Positions 14,987 through 23,523 of a stretch of DNA of 24,474 bases are shown in pieces. The notes under the pieces were generated by a model. It was not told the DNA's origin. It saw only the letters and a list, made by a program, of their open reading frames with translations, and ran no database searches. Origin of the DNA: a virus (lineage: Duplodnaviria; Caudoviricetes); IMG/VR virus record IMGVR_UViG_3300020172_001369, positions 1 through 24,474 of that record; one strand, given 5' to 3'. The translations under genes and the position numbers were made by a program. Within the stretch, counting starts at the first letter, position 1. Every line of letters starts with the position of its first letter.

Positions 14987-16708
14987 ATGACTATAAAAGT
15001 ATATGATGGCTCTACATGGCAAACTCAAAAAAGTTTAAAGATTTCACCAGATGGATCTACCTGGTCCACAGCTAAAAAGGGCTGGATTTACAATGGAACA
15101 TTATGGTCTCAATTTTATCCAGAGTATCCATTAAATACAGCATCTCCATCGGTTAGTGGATCTACAACTCAAGGACAAACACTTACATGTTCAACTGGAA
15201 CATGGAATATAAATGATGCATTTATAGGAACATATACCTATCAATGGACTAGGGCTGGCTCCAATATATCTAGTGCAACATCCTCAACATATTCAACAGT
15301 ATTGGCAGATGTTGGCAATGCAATTGCATGTAAAGTAACATCAACAAATGAAAGAGGAACAACTACTGTAACAAGTAGTAATTCAATTTCAGTTGTTAGC
15401 GCAATTCCAGGAGCACCATCAGGGCTTTCATTGTCTGATACAACAGACACACCCCCAACCCCAGGAGCAATGTCTGTATCAAGCGTAACACAAACATCAC
15501 TCAACTTCTCATTTGGAGCAGCAACTGGGACATTTACTGCATATGAAGTTTTAACATCAAACAGCAATCATGTTGCTTCATCTTTAAATCAATCTACACG
15601 AACTGGATCTATTACTGGCGGATCTGCTGGAGAGTCATATTTTGTTTCAGCATTTACAACAAATACAAATTGTAAGCTAACAGCGTCATGGTCAGCTGGA
15701 ACAAACGCAACATCATATGACGTTTATGTTGGCGGATCTTATGTTGGAAATACAACTAGCACAAGTTATACTCATACCGCAGGAAGTATAGGGTCTAAAT
15801 CAGTTAATGTTCGTTCTAGAAATGCTTCAGGAGCAGAGGCAACAGGTGTATCTGGAAGCATAACTTTAAGCAAAAGATATTCATCTGGAGGGACGGCTGC
15901 TAGTGGTAATTTTTTAAGTAATTATACAGTTAGCTGGAATGCAAACGGAGGAGCAGTTTCTCCAGCATCTAGCACAGTATCTCCAGGGTCTTCCGTTACT
16001 GCTCCAACTCCAACAAGAAGCGGATATTCATTTAGTGGTTGGTATAACGCTTCTTCTGGCGGATCTCTTATAGTAAATGCAGGTAATTCATATACCCCAT
16101 CATCAAGTATTACCCTTTATGCACAATGGACATTGACTCCAATTACTCCAAGTATAGGAAGTTTATCTATTAGCACTTCTGATACTGCACAAACTTTAAT
16201 TACTGTTAATTGGAGTTCTACAAATCAAAATACATGGTCACTAACAGTAAACCCATCTACAGGTGGATCTGGAGGAGGATCTTCATTTTCTGGATCAAGC
16301 CAAACAACTAAATATATTGGAGTAGGAACCGCTGGAACTACTTATACAATTCAATTAACTGTTACATCTTCAACAGGACATACTGCATCTAGTTCAGTAA
16401 ATCATACTCCGCCATCAGCAGGCACAGCGCCATCAACTCCATCTGGTCTAACAAATACATATTCTACTGGTCCAACATGGAACGGCTCTTGGACCGCTTC
16501 TAGTGGAACAACCCCAATAACATATTATTGGACACTGTATCAGTCTGCAACAAGTGGCGGAACAATAAATGCTACTGCAAGTGGAAATACAACTGGAACA
16601 TCATTTTCACAATCAATGAATAGTGCAAATGGTTTATGGGCATACTTTACGGTGTATGCTCAAAATTCAGCTGGAACTTCTGGAACAGCAACTTCTGGGT
16701 GGGCATAA
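14987..16708 (+). CDS. Ser/Thr-rich Ig/FN3/InlB-B-repeat virion protein (putative tip of the collagen fibre)
   Basis: AGGAG SD and N-terminal MTIKVYDGSTW. Ig-like GQTLTCSTGTW..YTYQW, FN3 motifs, and a YTVSWNANGG..PTRSGYSFSGWY..TLYAQW repeat (Listeria-Bacteroides type). Confidence 0.8.
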   Translation: MTIKVYDGSTWQTQKSLKISPDGSTWSTAKKGWIYNGTLWSQFYPEYPLNTASPSVSGSTTQGQTLTCSTGTWNINDAFIGTYTYQWTRAGSNISSATSSTYSTVLADVGNAIACKVTSTNERGTTTVTSSNSISVVSAIPGAPSGLSLSDTTDTPPTPGAMSVSSVTQTSLNFSFGAATGTFTAYEVLTSNSNHVASSLNQSTRTGSITGGSAGESYFVSAFTTNTNCKLTASWSAGTNATSYDVYVGGSYVGNTTSTSYTHTAGSIGSKSVNVRSRNASGAEATGVSGSITLSKRYSSGGTAASGNFLSNYTVSWNANGGAVSPASSTVSPGSSVTAPTPTRSGYSFSGWYNASSGGSLIVNAGNSYTPSSSITLYAQWTLTPITPSIGSLSISTSDTAQTLITVNWSSTNQNTWSLTVNPSTGGSGGGSSFSGSSQTTKYIGVGTAGTTYTIQLTVTSSTGHTASSSVNHTPPSAGTAPSTPSGLTNTYSTGPTWNGSWTASSGTTPITYYWTLYQSATSGGTINATASGNTTGTSFSQSMNSANGLWAYFTVYAQNSAGTSGTATSGWA

Positions 16709-16709
16709 C

Positions 16710-16901
16710 ATGATAGATAAAGATATTAAAATTTTTATAATAAGCAACATGATATCAAATATAGATATTCATATAAGTTCAATAGAATCTGACAATGATG
16801 AATGGCCAGAAGAAAAGCCATCAAAGCAGTCAGTATTAGATGAACTGTATAATAAAAAAACAGCGTTACAATTAGAATTGGCTAGCGTTCAATCTAGCTA
16901 A
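16710..16901 (+). CDS. Small helical hypothetical protein (63 aa)
   Basis: ATG 1 nt after the upstream stop, in the frame of track ORF 16623-16901. Fills the gap between its neighbours. Confidence 0.6.
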   Translation: MIDKDIKIFIISNMISNIDIHISSIESDNDEWPEEKPSKQSVLDELYNKKTALQLELASVQSS

Positions 16902-16918
16902 AAAAATAGGAGGAAAAA

Positions 16919-17116
16919 ATGACAACATACGCACTACTAACAAATGACGAAAAGGCTCAGATTGAAATTGCTGCAAAGCGCAATCTTGAATACCAGATGT
17001 ATGCACTTGAAGTAGAAGTAATTGCAGAGAATGCAAAGACTTCACCAGATGCTGCACGTTTAACTGCTCTAGCAGATGATATTGCAGATAAGCAAGCACA
17101 AATAGCAGCAATTTAA
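16919..17116 (+). CDS. Small coiled-coil/helical-hairpin hypothetical protein
   Basis: Strong AGGAGG SD and an Ala/Glu-rich heptad pattern. Confidence 0.7.
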   Translation: MTTYALLTNDEKAQIEIAAKRNLEYQMYALEVEVIAENAKTSPDAARLTALADDIADKQAQIAAI

Positions 17117-17126
17117 TTAGGAATAA

Positions 17127-18995
17127 ATGTCATATAAATCTACAATTTTGTCTGACTATCCGTTAGCATATTATCCATTAGATGATATGACAACGGAAGA
17201 TTCGGTATTGGATTTTAATGACATCCTATCACAATTTGATACATATCAAGAACTGCTAGATGCTTTTTCTTCATACTCAAATATATATGGAGATATTGCA
17301 TATGATCATTCTGGATGTGAAAATGACAGTATTTATATTGGAGATCCAGAGTCAGACCTACTTCCAATAGTAGTAGGAAATAGCAGATCTACAAAGATTG
17401 GTAATTTAAACTCTATTCAATATACAGTTAACAGAAACTATATTGCTAAACAAACTAACAGTCAGTTTGCCACCGCTTATTCTTCTGATAACGATTTTTC
17501 TATAGAGTTTTGGTTTTACCCACAAATACCAAATGATGATCTTACACCCCTTGTTGGAGACTTAACAAATGATGTAGGAGTTTTCTATGAAAATGGCAAT
17601 ATAGTATTTAAGGTTGATTCTCAGACTTTAGAATACACACTTGATAATACAAAGAAAGCATTTCACATTGTTGCAACATATACACAGTCAACAATTTCAA
17701 TATACATAGACGGAGAACTAGCAGTAAATAAAAGCCTATCTGCTTTTAAATTTACTAACACAGCACTTGCCCTATCTTCTGGCCCATGCTTAAATGCAGC
17801 AGATTCATTTTTGATTAACAGTGTTGGAATATACAGATATTCTCTTTCTCCAAATCAGATATCATATCACTATCAGGCTGGAAAAGGTTTGGCACCACTT
17901 GAAATAGCAGCTCCAGATAACGGAGAAATGTTTCAAATATTTGACGATTCCATATCTTCAGTTTTTCAATATTCCTATCCAGCAGACAAGCCATGGAATA
18001 ATTTTGTAACAAATGGTATTTATTATAATCAGATTGAAGATATGATTGAGATTGAAAAATCAACTGGATCACAAACGGTTATATTAGAAGACTATCTTAT
18101 ACTTCCCTCTTTAACTGCTGACTCTTCAAAAATTGAGTGGAGCGGGGACAACGGGATTGTAGTTGAGACAAGCGTAGATGATTCAACATATGTTCAGTGC
18201 GTAAATGGACAATCTATACCTCAATATAAATTAGGTTCATTTAGCAGCACAAATAAACTATATATTAAAATTACAATGTCTACTACAGATGCTAGCAAGT
18301 ATCTGCCGAAACTTAAATATTTTTCAATATCCCTATACAACAACCAAAGAGTATTTGCCTCAAATGGTCCATCAAATATTACCACTATGGAGGGTGTTGC
18401 AGGTATATCAGATGCTAACATCAGCTTTGGATTGAATAAGAGCGATATGCTTTTAAGAGATAATAGAAACGGATTAAGAACCGTATCAGGCTCTGGATTT
18501 TATATTAATACAGCCGCCTTGGTTAATACATTAGAGTTTTTCTATACGCCCTCTGCCCTAACTACTAGTGGCCTAATATCAACAACATCTAGCGCTACAT
18601 CTGCTGCCTCAAATTATTCGTGGGGAACCACTGGCACTATAAGTAAAACTAATATATCAGCCATATACGTAAATGGAATAAATAAGACATCTCAGACCAA
18701 CATCTCTAATGTCTTTAAGGATGATCAATTGCACCATGTAGTAATTGTATACTCTAACTCAATAAGCGGGTCAATTAAATTTAATCATAATTCAAGCGGC
18801 AGCGTATCTGCCCTGTATCAGTATATTGCCCTATATCCAGATGCATTTAATTCAACTAAAGCATTAGAACATTATAGTCTATGGATAAATAAAGATGTTG
18901 AAACTATTAATGACAACTCAACCTATTCACTCAAGATTGACCAAGATGAAGCCGAATACTTTGATAATGTCTGGCTACTAGTCCAAAACACATAA
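17127..18995 (+). CDS. LamG/concanavalin-A-like domain virion protein
   Basis: PLAYYPLDD, FSIEFWF, FHIVATY..IYIDGEL and VGIYRYSLSPNQISYHY. A second degenerate LamG-like unit follows (TLEFFY..IYVNG..HHVVIVY). Confidence 0.75.
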   Translation: MSYKSTILSDYPLAYYPLDDMTTEDSVLDFNDILSQFDTYQELLDAFSSYSNIYGDIAYDHSGCENDSIYIGDPESDLLPIVVGNSRSTKIGNLNSIQYTVNRNYIAKQTNSQFATAYSSDNDFSIEFWFYPQIPNDDLTPLVGDLTNDVGVFYENGNIVFKVDSQTLEYTLDNTKKAFHIVATYTQSTISIYIDGELAVNKSLSAFKFTNTALALSSGPCLNAADSFLINSVGIYRYSLSPNQISYHYQAGKGLAPLEIAAPDNGEMFQIFDDSISSVFQYSYPADKPWNNFVTNGIYYNQIEDMIEIEKSTGSQTVILEDYLILPSLTADSSKIEWSGDNGIVVETSVDDSTYVQCVNGQSIPQYKLGSFSSTNKLYIKITMSTTDASKYLPKLKYFSISLYNNQRVFASNGPSNITTMEGVAGISDANISFGLNKSDMLLRDNRNGLRTVSGSGFYINTAALVNTLEFFYTPSALTTSGLISTTSSATSAASNYSWGTTGTISKTNISAIYVNGINKTSQTNISNVFKDDQLHHVVIVYSNSISGSIKFNHNSSGSVSALYQYIALYPDAFNSTKALEHYSLWINKDVETINDNSTYSLKIDQDEAEYFDNVWLLVQNT

Positions 18996-19009
18996 TTTTG
19001 TCACAGACG

Positions 19010-19049
19010 TTGACAAATCCTGGACTTTGATTTAAAAGAATGGTAAAAT
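19010..19049 (+). promoter_or_regulatory. Promoter region of the head operon
   Basis: TGGACT (19021-26), 17 bp, TGgTAAAAT (-10 at 19044-49), 8 nt, ATG 19058 with no SD. An upstream TTGACA (19010-15) has TAAAAG 17 bp later. Confidence 0.65.
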
Positions 19050-19057
19050 GAGAATCT

Positions 19058-19399
19058 ATGGATATTAATAAGACTAATGTAAAGATGCTTGACGAAGAGT
19101 CAACGCTTGGAATCTATGTTTGGGAAATGCCAGACGGAAGATGGATTGGCGACGATGACGGCAACTTTTTATCAGTTACCTCTAAAAAGGGAAATCGATC
19201 AAGAATAAATGCTTTGGCGGATGCAGTTAGACATTACGGAATATCTGAAGGTCAGCCAAAATTTTTGTCAGCCCGTCGTAAAATTGATGATGAAGAATTT
19301 GAGTATCAAAAGCAAAGACTTGACTGGGGCCTAGTTCCAGACCCACTAGATATTGGAAATTATAAAGACGACATTAAAAAGTTTAAGGGGATGAAATGA
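19058..19399 (+). CDS. Hypothetical protein translationally coupled to the portal
   Basis: Clean ORF (GIYVWEMPDGRWIGDDDGNFL) with an ATGA overlap with the portal start. Confidence 0.75.
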   Translation: MDINKTNVKMLDEESTLGIYVWEMPDGRWIGDDDGNFLSVTSKKGNRSRINALADAVRHYGISEGQPKFLSARRKIDDEEFEYQKQRLDWGLVPDPLDIGNYKDDIKKFKGMK

Positions 19400-20979
19400 G
19401 ATACGAAGAAGATAATGAGATTGAAAACTCAGACGTTGTTTTAAAAAATGCAGGAGATTTATTTTTTCGACCAGCCCCAATAACACAGGACTCAGATGAG
19501 TTTAAGGTTGAAAACGAAGACCTACTCAAGATAAATGGTTTAGGCACATCTTTTCGTCGTAAGATAAGTAGAGATATTCAAAAGCGTTTTGTTGGTGTTG
19601 ATGGAGCGGCTACACAGCAGAACTTGCTTGCACAAGCAATTACTGGCTACGCCATGTTTGACCTTGTTCAGCCAGAATATAACTTAGATTACCTTTCTCG
19701 TATTTATGAAATTTCCCCATATAACTATGCAGCAATTAATGCTAAGGTTTCAAATATTGTTGGCCTAGGCTACGACTTTGTTGAAACAAGAAAAACAATT
19801 GAAGCAATGGACGGAATTGAAAGCGAAGCTCAATTAGAAAGAGCACGCAGAAAGCTAAATAAATTACGTCAAGACCTACACAATTGGCTAGAAGATTGCA
19901 ACGAAGAAGAAACATTTAAAGAAACGCTTATTAAGTTTTATACAGACGTTGAGGCAACAGGAAATGGCTACCTAGAAATAGGAAGAACCTCTGCTGGCAG
20001 AATCGGATATGTTGGACATATTCCAGCAAAGACAATGCGTATTCGTAGACTGCGTGATGGCTTTATTCAATTGCTATATGGCAAGGCTGTATTCTTCCGC
20101 AACTTTGGAGATCAAGAAACACCTAATCCAATTTCAGGCGGGGAAGATCGTCCAAACGAAATTATTCATTATAAGAAATATACACCAATGAATAACTATT
20201 ACGGAATCCCAGATATTATTGCAGCACAAAATGCTATGGCAGGAAATGAATTTGCTGGAAAGTATAACCTAGACTACTTTGAAAATAAGGCGGTCCCAAG
20301 ATATGTTATTACAGTAAAGGGTGCAAAGTTATCGCCAGAGTCAGAAAGAAAACTGCTTGAGTTTTTCCAGGTTGGCCTAAAGGGTAAGAATCATAGATCC
20401 CTATATGTTCCTCTTCCAGCAGATAGTCCAGACCAAAAGGTTGAATTTAAGATGGATCCAATTGAGGCTGGAGTCCAAGATTCATCATTTAATACATATC
20501 GTAAAATGAATAGAGATGAAATCCTATTGGCTCATAGAGTTCCAATTAATAAAATTGGAGTTCCAGAGGGAGTCAGCCTTGCTTCTGCCCGTGACGCAGA
20601 TAAAACATTTAGAGAGCAGGTTTGCGGACCAGCCCAAGATATTATTCAAAAGAAATTAAATAAAATAATTGCAGAAATGACAGATGCATTAGAACTTAAA
20701 TTTAATCAGCTTACTCTTACAGATGAGGATACTCAGTCTAAGATTGATGAGAGATATTTAAGAATGAAGGTAATTACCCCTAATGAAGTTAGAGTTAGAA
20801 AGGGCATGGTCCCAATTGATGGAGGAGACGAAGTTATTGAATTAAAGCCTCAGCAGGCTGCAGAGCAAAATGCTCAAGCAATGAATTCTCGTCAAAGAAC
20901 TCAGGAAAGATCTGCAAATGCCCCAGATATTGATGGGGAAGCTCGCCAACCAAAAGGGGACGGAAGAGTAACTGCATAA
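19396..20979 (+). CDS. Portal protein (HK97/PBSX-like)
   Basis: DVEATGNGYLEI, HIPAKTMR, NEIIH.K, YYGIP, YFENKAVP, EILLAHRVP and ITPNEVRVRKGM.PIDGGD. Located before the protease and capsid genes. Confidence 0.93.
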   Translation: MRYEEDNEIENSDVVLKNAGDLFFRPAPITQDSDEFKVENEDLLKINGLGTSFRRKISRDIQKRFVGVDGAATQQNLLAQAITGYAMFDLVQPEYNLDYLSRIYEISPYNYAAINAKVSNIVGLGYDFVETRKTIEAMDGIESEAQLERARRKLNKLRQDLHNWLEDCNEEETFKETLIKFYTDVEATGNGYLEIGRTSAGRIGYVGHIPAKTMRIRRLRDGFIQLLYGKAVFFRNFGDQETPNPISGGEDRPNEIIHYKKYTPMNNYYGIPDIIAAQNAMAGNEFAGKYNLDYFENKAVPRYVITVKGAKLSPESERKLLEFFQVGLKGKNHRSLYVPLPADSPDQKVEFKMDPIEAGVQDSSFNTYRKMNRDEILLAHRVPINKIGVPEGVSLASARDADKTFREQVCGPAQDIIQKKLNKIIAEMTDALELKFNQLTLTDEDTQSKIDERYLRMKVITPNEVRVRKGMVPIDGGDEVIELKPQQAAEQNAQAMNSRQRTQERSANAPDIDGEARQPKGDGRVTA

Positions 20980-20999
20980 ATTATTAGGCAACTAGTTAT

Positions 21000-21028
21000 T
21001 TGCCTTTTGAGATATACACGTATAAAAT
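21000..21028 (+). promoter_or_regulatory. Sigma70-type promoter, probably leaderless, for protease/capsid
   Basis: TTGCCT (21000-05), 17 bp, TAAAAT (21023-28), 7 nt, ATG 21036. No SD. Confidence 0.7.
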
Positions 21029-21035
21029 TAAGCAT

Positions 21036-22343
21036 ATGAACATTGAAAAGTCTTTGTGGTCCTCTGATGGCGAAAACATCTCGCTATCTGTTCCATTTAC
21101 AAAAGTAAATCGTGAGAAGAGAACTGTATCAGGCTTTGCTACTTTAGACAACATTGATCAAACAGGAGATGTCGTTACATCAGAAGCAAGCATGAAGGCA
21201 TTTGAAAGTTTCCGTGGAAACATTCGTGAGATGCACACACCTTTGGCGGTAGGCAAGCTAGTTTCATTTAAGCCAGAAACCTATTACGATTCAAAGACTG
21301 GTAATTTTTATAATGGCATTTATGTAGATGTATATGTATCAAAGGGCGCACAAGATACATGGGAAAAATGTTTAGATGGAACACTACAGGGTTTTTCAAT
21401 CGGCGGAAAGATTAAAGAATCAGACAATGAAGTTAACAAGTCAACAGGCAAGCCAGTAAGATTCATCAAAGAGTATGATCTTGTAGAGCTTTCAATTGTA
21501 GACTCACCAGCAAATGAACTATGCAACGTTATTTCTATTCAGAAGATGAATGGTGAATTAATTTTTAAGGGTATGGCAGCAGAAATTGTAGCAGAGAATA
21601 TTTTTTATTGTGAAGATAGTGATTCAGTATTTCTATCAACAGAGAAAACATTTGACTCTCCAGTAACTGGAAAGCCAGCATCTTTAATTGGTTGGGTAGA
21701 AAGTGCGGACACCAACAAAGCAAAAGAAATAGATAAGATTCTTGATTCATTTAAGAAGTCAAGATTGTCGTTGCCTGATACACAAATAATTGCAAAACAG
21801 GCAAACGCAGAAGGAGGTAATGAAGTGTCAGAAAACACAGAGACAGTTGTAGTCGAAGAGACTCCAGTTGTAGAAGAAACACCTGCTGTTGAAGAAACAG
21901 CAGCTCCTGCAGAAGATGCAGCACCAGCAGAAGACGCTTCTGCCGAAACTGTTGAAAAAGCAGCCGACGTATCAGAAGTTATGGTTGATGAACCTGATTT
22001 TGCAAAGATGCTAGGCGATCTAAAAGGCTTTTTCTCAGAAACTCTTAATAAGGCATCAGAATCAAATGCTGCTCAGGTTTCATCAATCAAGGAAACCGTT
22101 GAGACATTCAGCAAGACAGTTGATACCCGTATTACAGAATTGGCAGAACAACATGCAGCACTTTCAAAGGCTGTAGAAAACATCAAGAACACGATTGACG
22201 GCGTAGAAAAGCGTGTTGACGCAGTAGAATCAGATACTGCAATTAAGAAGTCCTCTGACCTTGGCGGGTCACAGGAAGTTACAATCAAAAAATCTAAATG
22301 GAACGGTTCTTTCCTCGGTTCCGTGAACGAATTAATTCGATAG
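21036..22343 (+). CDS. Prohead protease (HK97/U35-like) fused to a C-terminal scaffold region
   Basis: RTVSGFAT..DQTGDVV, IREMH (His), GTLQGFSIGG (Ser) and LVELSIVDSPAN. Start moved to ATG 21036 (MNIEKS). Confidence 0.9.
   Translation: MNIEKSLWSSDGENISLSVPFTKVNREKRTVSGFATLDNIDQTGDVVTSEASMKAFESFRGNIREMHTPLAVGKLVSFKPETYYDSKTGNFYNGIYVDVYVSKGAQDTWEKCLDGTLQGFSIGGKIKESDNEVNKSTGKPVRFIKEYDLVELSIVDSPANELCNVISIQKMNGELIFKGMAAEIVAENIFYCEDSDSVFLSTEKTFDSPVTGKPASLIGWVESADTNKAKEIDKILDSFKKSRLSLPDTQIIAKQANAEGGNEVSENTETVVVEETPVVEETPAVEETAAPAEDAAPAEDASAETVEKAADVSEVMVDEPDFAKMLGDLKGFFSETLNKASESNAAQVSSIKETVETFSKTVDTRITELAEQHAALSKAVENIKNTIDGVEKRVDAVESDTAIKKSSDLGGSQEVTIKKSKWNGSFLGSVNELIR
21825..22343 (+). CDS. Nested in-frame scaffolding protein (172 aa)
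   Basis: Perfect SD AAGGAGGT (21811-18) 6 nt before an in-frame GTG. The product is acidic and EETP/APAED-rich, followed by coiled coil. Confidence 0.7.
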   Translation: MSENTETVVVEETPVVEETPAVEETAAPAEDAAPAEDASAETVEKAADVSEVMVDEPDFAKMLGDLKGFFSETLNKASESNAAQVSSIKETVETFSKTVDTRITELAEQHAALSKAVENIKNTIDGVEKRVDAVESDTAIKKSSDLGGSQEVTIKKSKWNGSFLGSVNELIR

Positions 22344-22366
22344 AAATAAGGTAGGTGAAAAATATA

Positions 22367-23416
22367 ATGAGCAACGAATTGTTAGCAAAATCAGTAGCCA
22401 CTGATACTACAGTTACAACATCAATGTCAGGTTCTGCGTCAAGCACAACAGGCATTCATATTGGATCTGAAGGTGATGGTGGTTTACTTAACCCAGAACA
22501 GTCTGCCCGCTTCTTGGATTATATGTTCGACGCAACCGTAATTGGTAAGGTCGCACGCACAGTCCGCATGAAGTCAGACACAACAGAGATTGATCGTATT
22601 GGCGTAGGCGAAAAGCTTATGAAGCTTGCGACAGAAGCAGATGACACAGGTTCAAATGCAGCTGTTACATTCTCAAAGATCTCTCTCACAACTAAGAAGC
22701 TTCGCTTGGATTGGGAACTTTCAACAGAGTCTCTAGAAGACAACATTGAAGGTCCAGACCTAGAAGATCACATTGCCCGCATGATGGCAACACAGGCAGG
22801 TAACGACATTGAAGACGTGCTTCTAAACGGAAACACAGCTTTGACATCAGATGCACTTTACAAGGCATTCAACGGCGTAGTCAAGAAGTCTAAGGCTTCT
22901 GGACACGTTGTAGATGCAGGTGGAGCTGCTGTATCTCGTGCTATATTTAACTCAGCACTCAAGGCACTTCCACGCAAGTATAAGCAGCGTCGCACAGACC
23001 TCCGCTTCCTTGCAGGTTCAAACTTGATTCAGGACTTCCTATATGCAAACAGCATTGGAACAAACCAGACAATTCCACAAGATATTGCTTCAAGCATTAT
23101 TCGTGGAGATGTCCAGCCACTATCTGGTCCAGCAGGTTACGTAGCACCTTACGCATTTGGTATTCCAATTGTTGAAGTTCCGCTACTTCCAGAGACACAG
23201 ACAGGTGATTACTCAGGAGCAACAGGTTCACACGGTGATATCCACTTGACATTCCCAAATAACGTAGTTATTGGTATCAAGCGTGACGTAACTGTATACC
23301 GTTTCTTCTGGCCAAAGAAGGACGCAATTGAATATACAATGTATACTCGTGTTGGTGTCCAGATTGAGCAAGCAGATGCTTGGGTAGTCGTAAAGAACGT
23401 TAAGGTAGCTTCATAA
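22367..23416 (+). CDS. Major capsid protein (HK97 fold)
   Basis: GGLLNPEQSARF, LSTESLEDNIEG, DIEDVLLNG and FGIPIVEVP. AGGTGA SD 8 nt before ATG 22367. Codon choice typical of a highly expressed gene. Confidence 0.93.
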   Translation: MSNELLAKSVATDTTVTTSMSGSASSTTGIHIGSEGDGGLLNPEQSARFLDYMFDATVIGKVARTVRMKSDTTEIDRIGVGEKLMKLATEADDTGSNAAVTFSKISLTTKKLRLDWELSTESLEDNIEGPDLEDHIARMMATQAGNDIEDVLLNGNTALTSDALYKAFNGVVKKSKASGHVVDAGGAAVSRAIFNSALKALPRKYKQRRTDLRFLAGSNLIQDFLYANSIGTNQTIPQDIASSIIRGDVQPLSGPAGYVAPYAFGIPIVEVPLLPETQTGDYSGATGSHGDIHLTFPNNVVIGIKRDVTVYRFFWPKKDAIEYTMYTRVGVQIEQADAWVVVKNVKVAS

Positions 23417-23444
23417 TTTAATTTATAAGCAAACTGCAAGAATT

Positions 23445-23472
23445 GCCCCCCAATTAATCTTGGGGGGCTTTT
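23445..23472 (+). terminator. Intrinsic terminator after the capsid gene
   Basis: GCCCCCCAA-ttaatc-TTGGGGGGC, a perfect 9-bp stem followed by TTTT. Confidence 0.9.
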
Positions 23473-23488
23473 CATTTAAATTTAACAA

Positions 23489-23497
23489 TGCTATAAT
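23489..23497 (+). promoter_or_regulatory. Extended -10 promoter TGcTATAAT
   Basis: Perfect TGnTATAAT just after the terminator, with an AAGGAG SD before ATG 23524. Confidence 0.7.
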
Positions 23498-23523
23498 TAA
23501 ATACCGAGAATAAGGAGCAAATT

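Noticed and set aside
21000-21035. TTG start of the protease at 21000
   Set aside because: That TTG is part of the -35 hexamer. ATG 21036 fits a leaderless start.
22328-22339. Perfect 12-bp palindrome CGAATTAATTCG upstream of the capsid RBS
   Set aside because: Several palindromes of this size are expected by chance in 24 kb of AT-rich DNA, and I saw no second copy.
22355-22366. GTG start of the capsid protein
   Set aside because: The GTG lies within the AGGTGA SD. ATG 22367 is correctly spaced from it.
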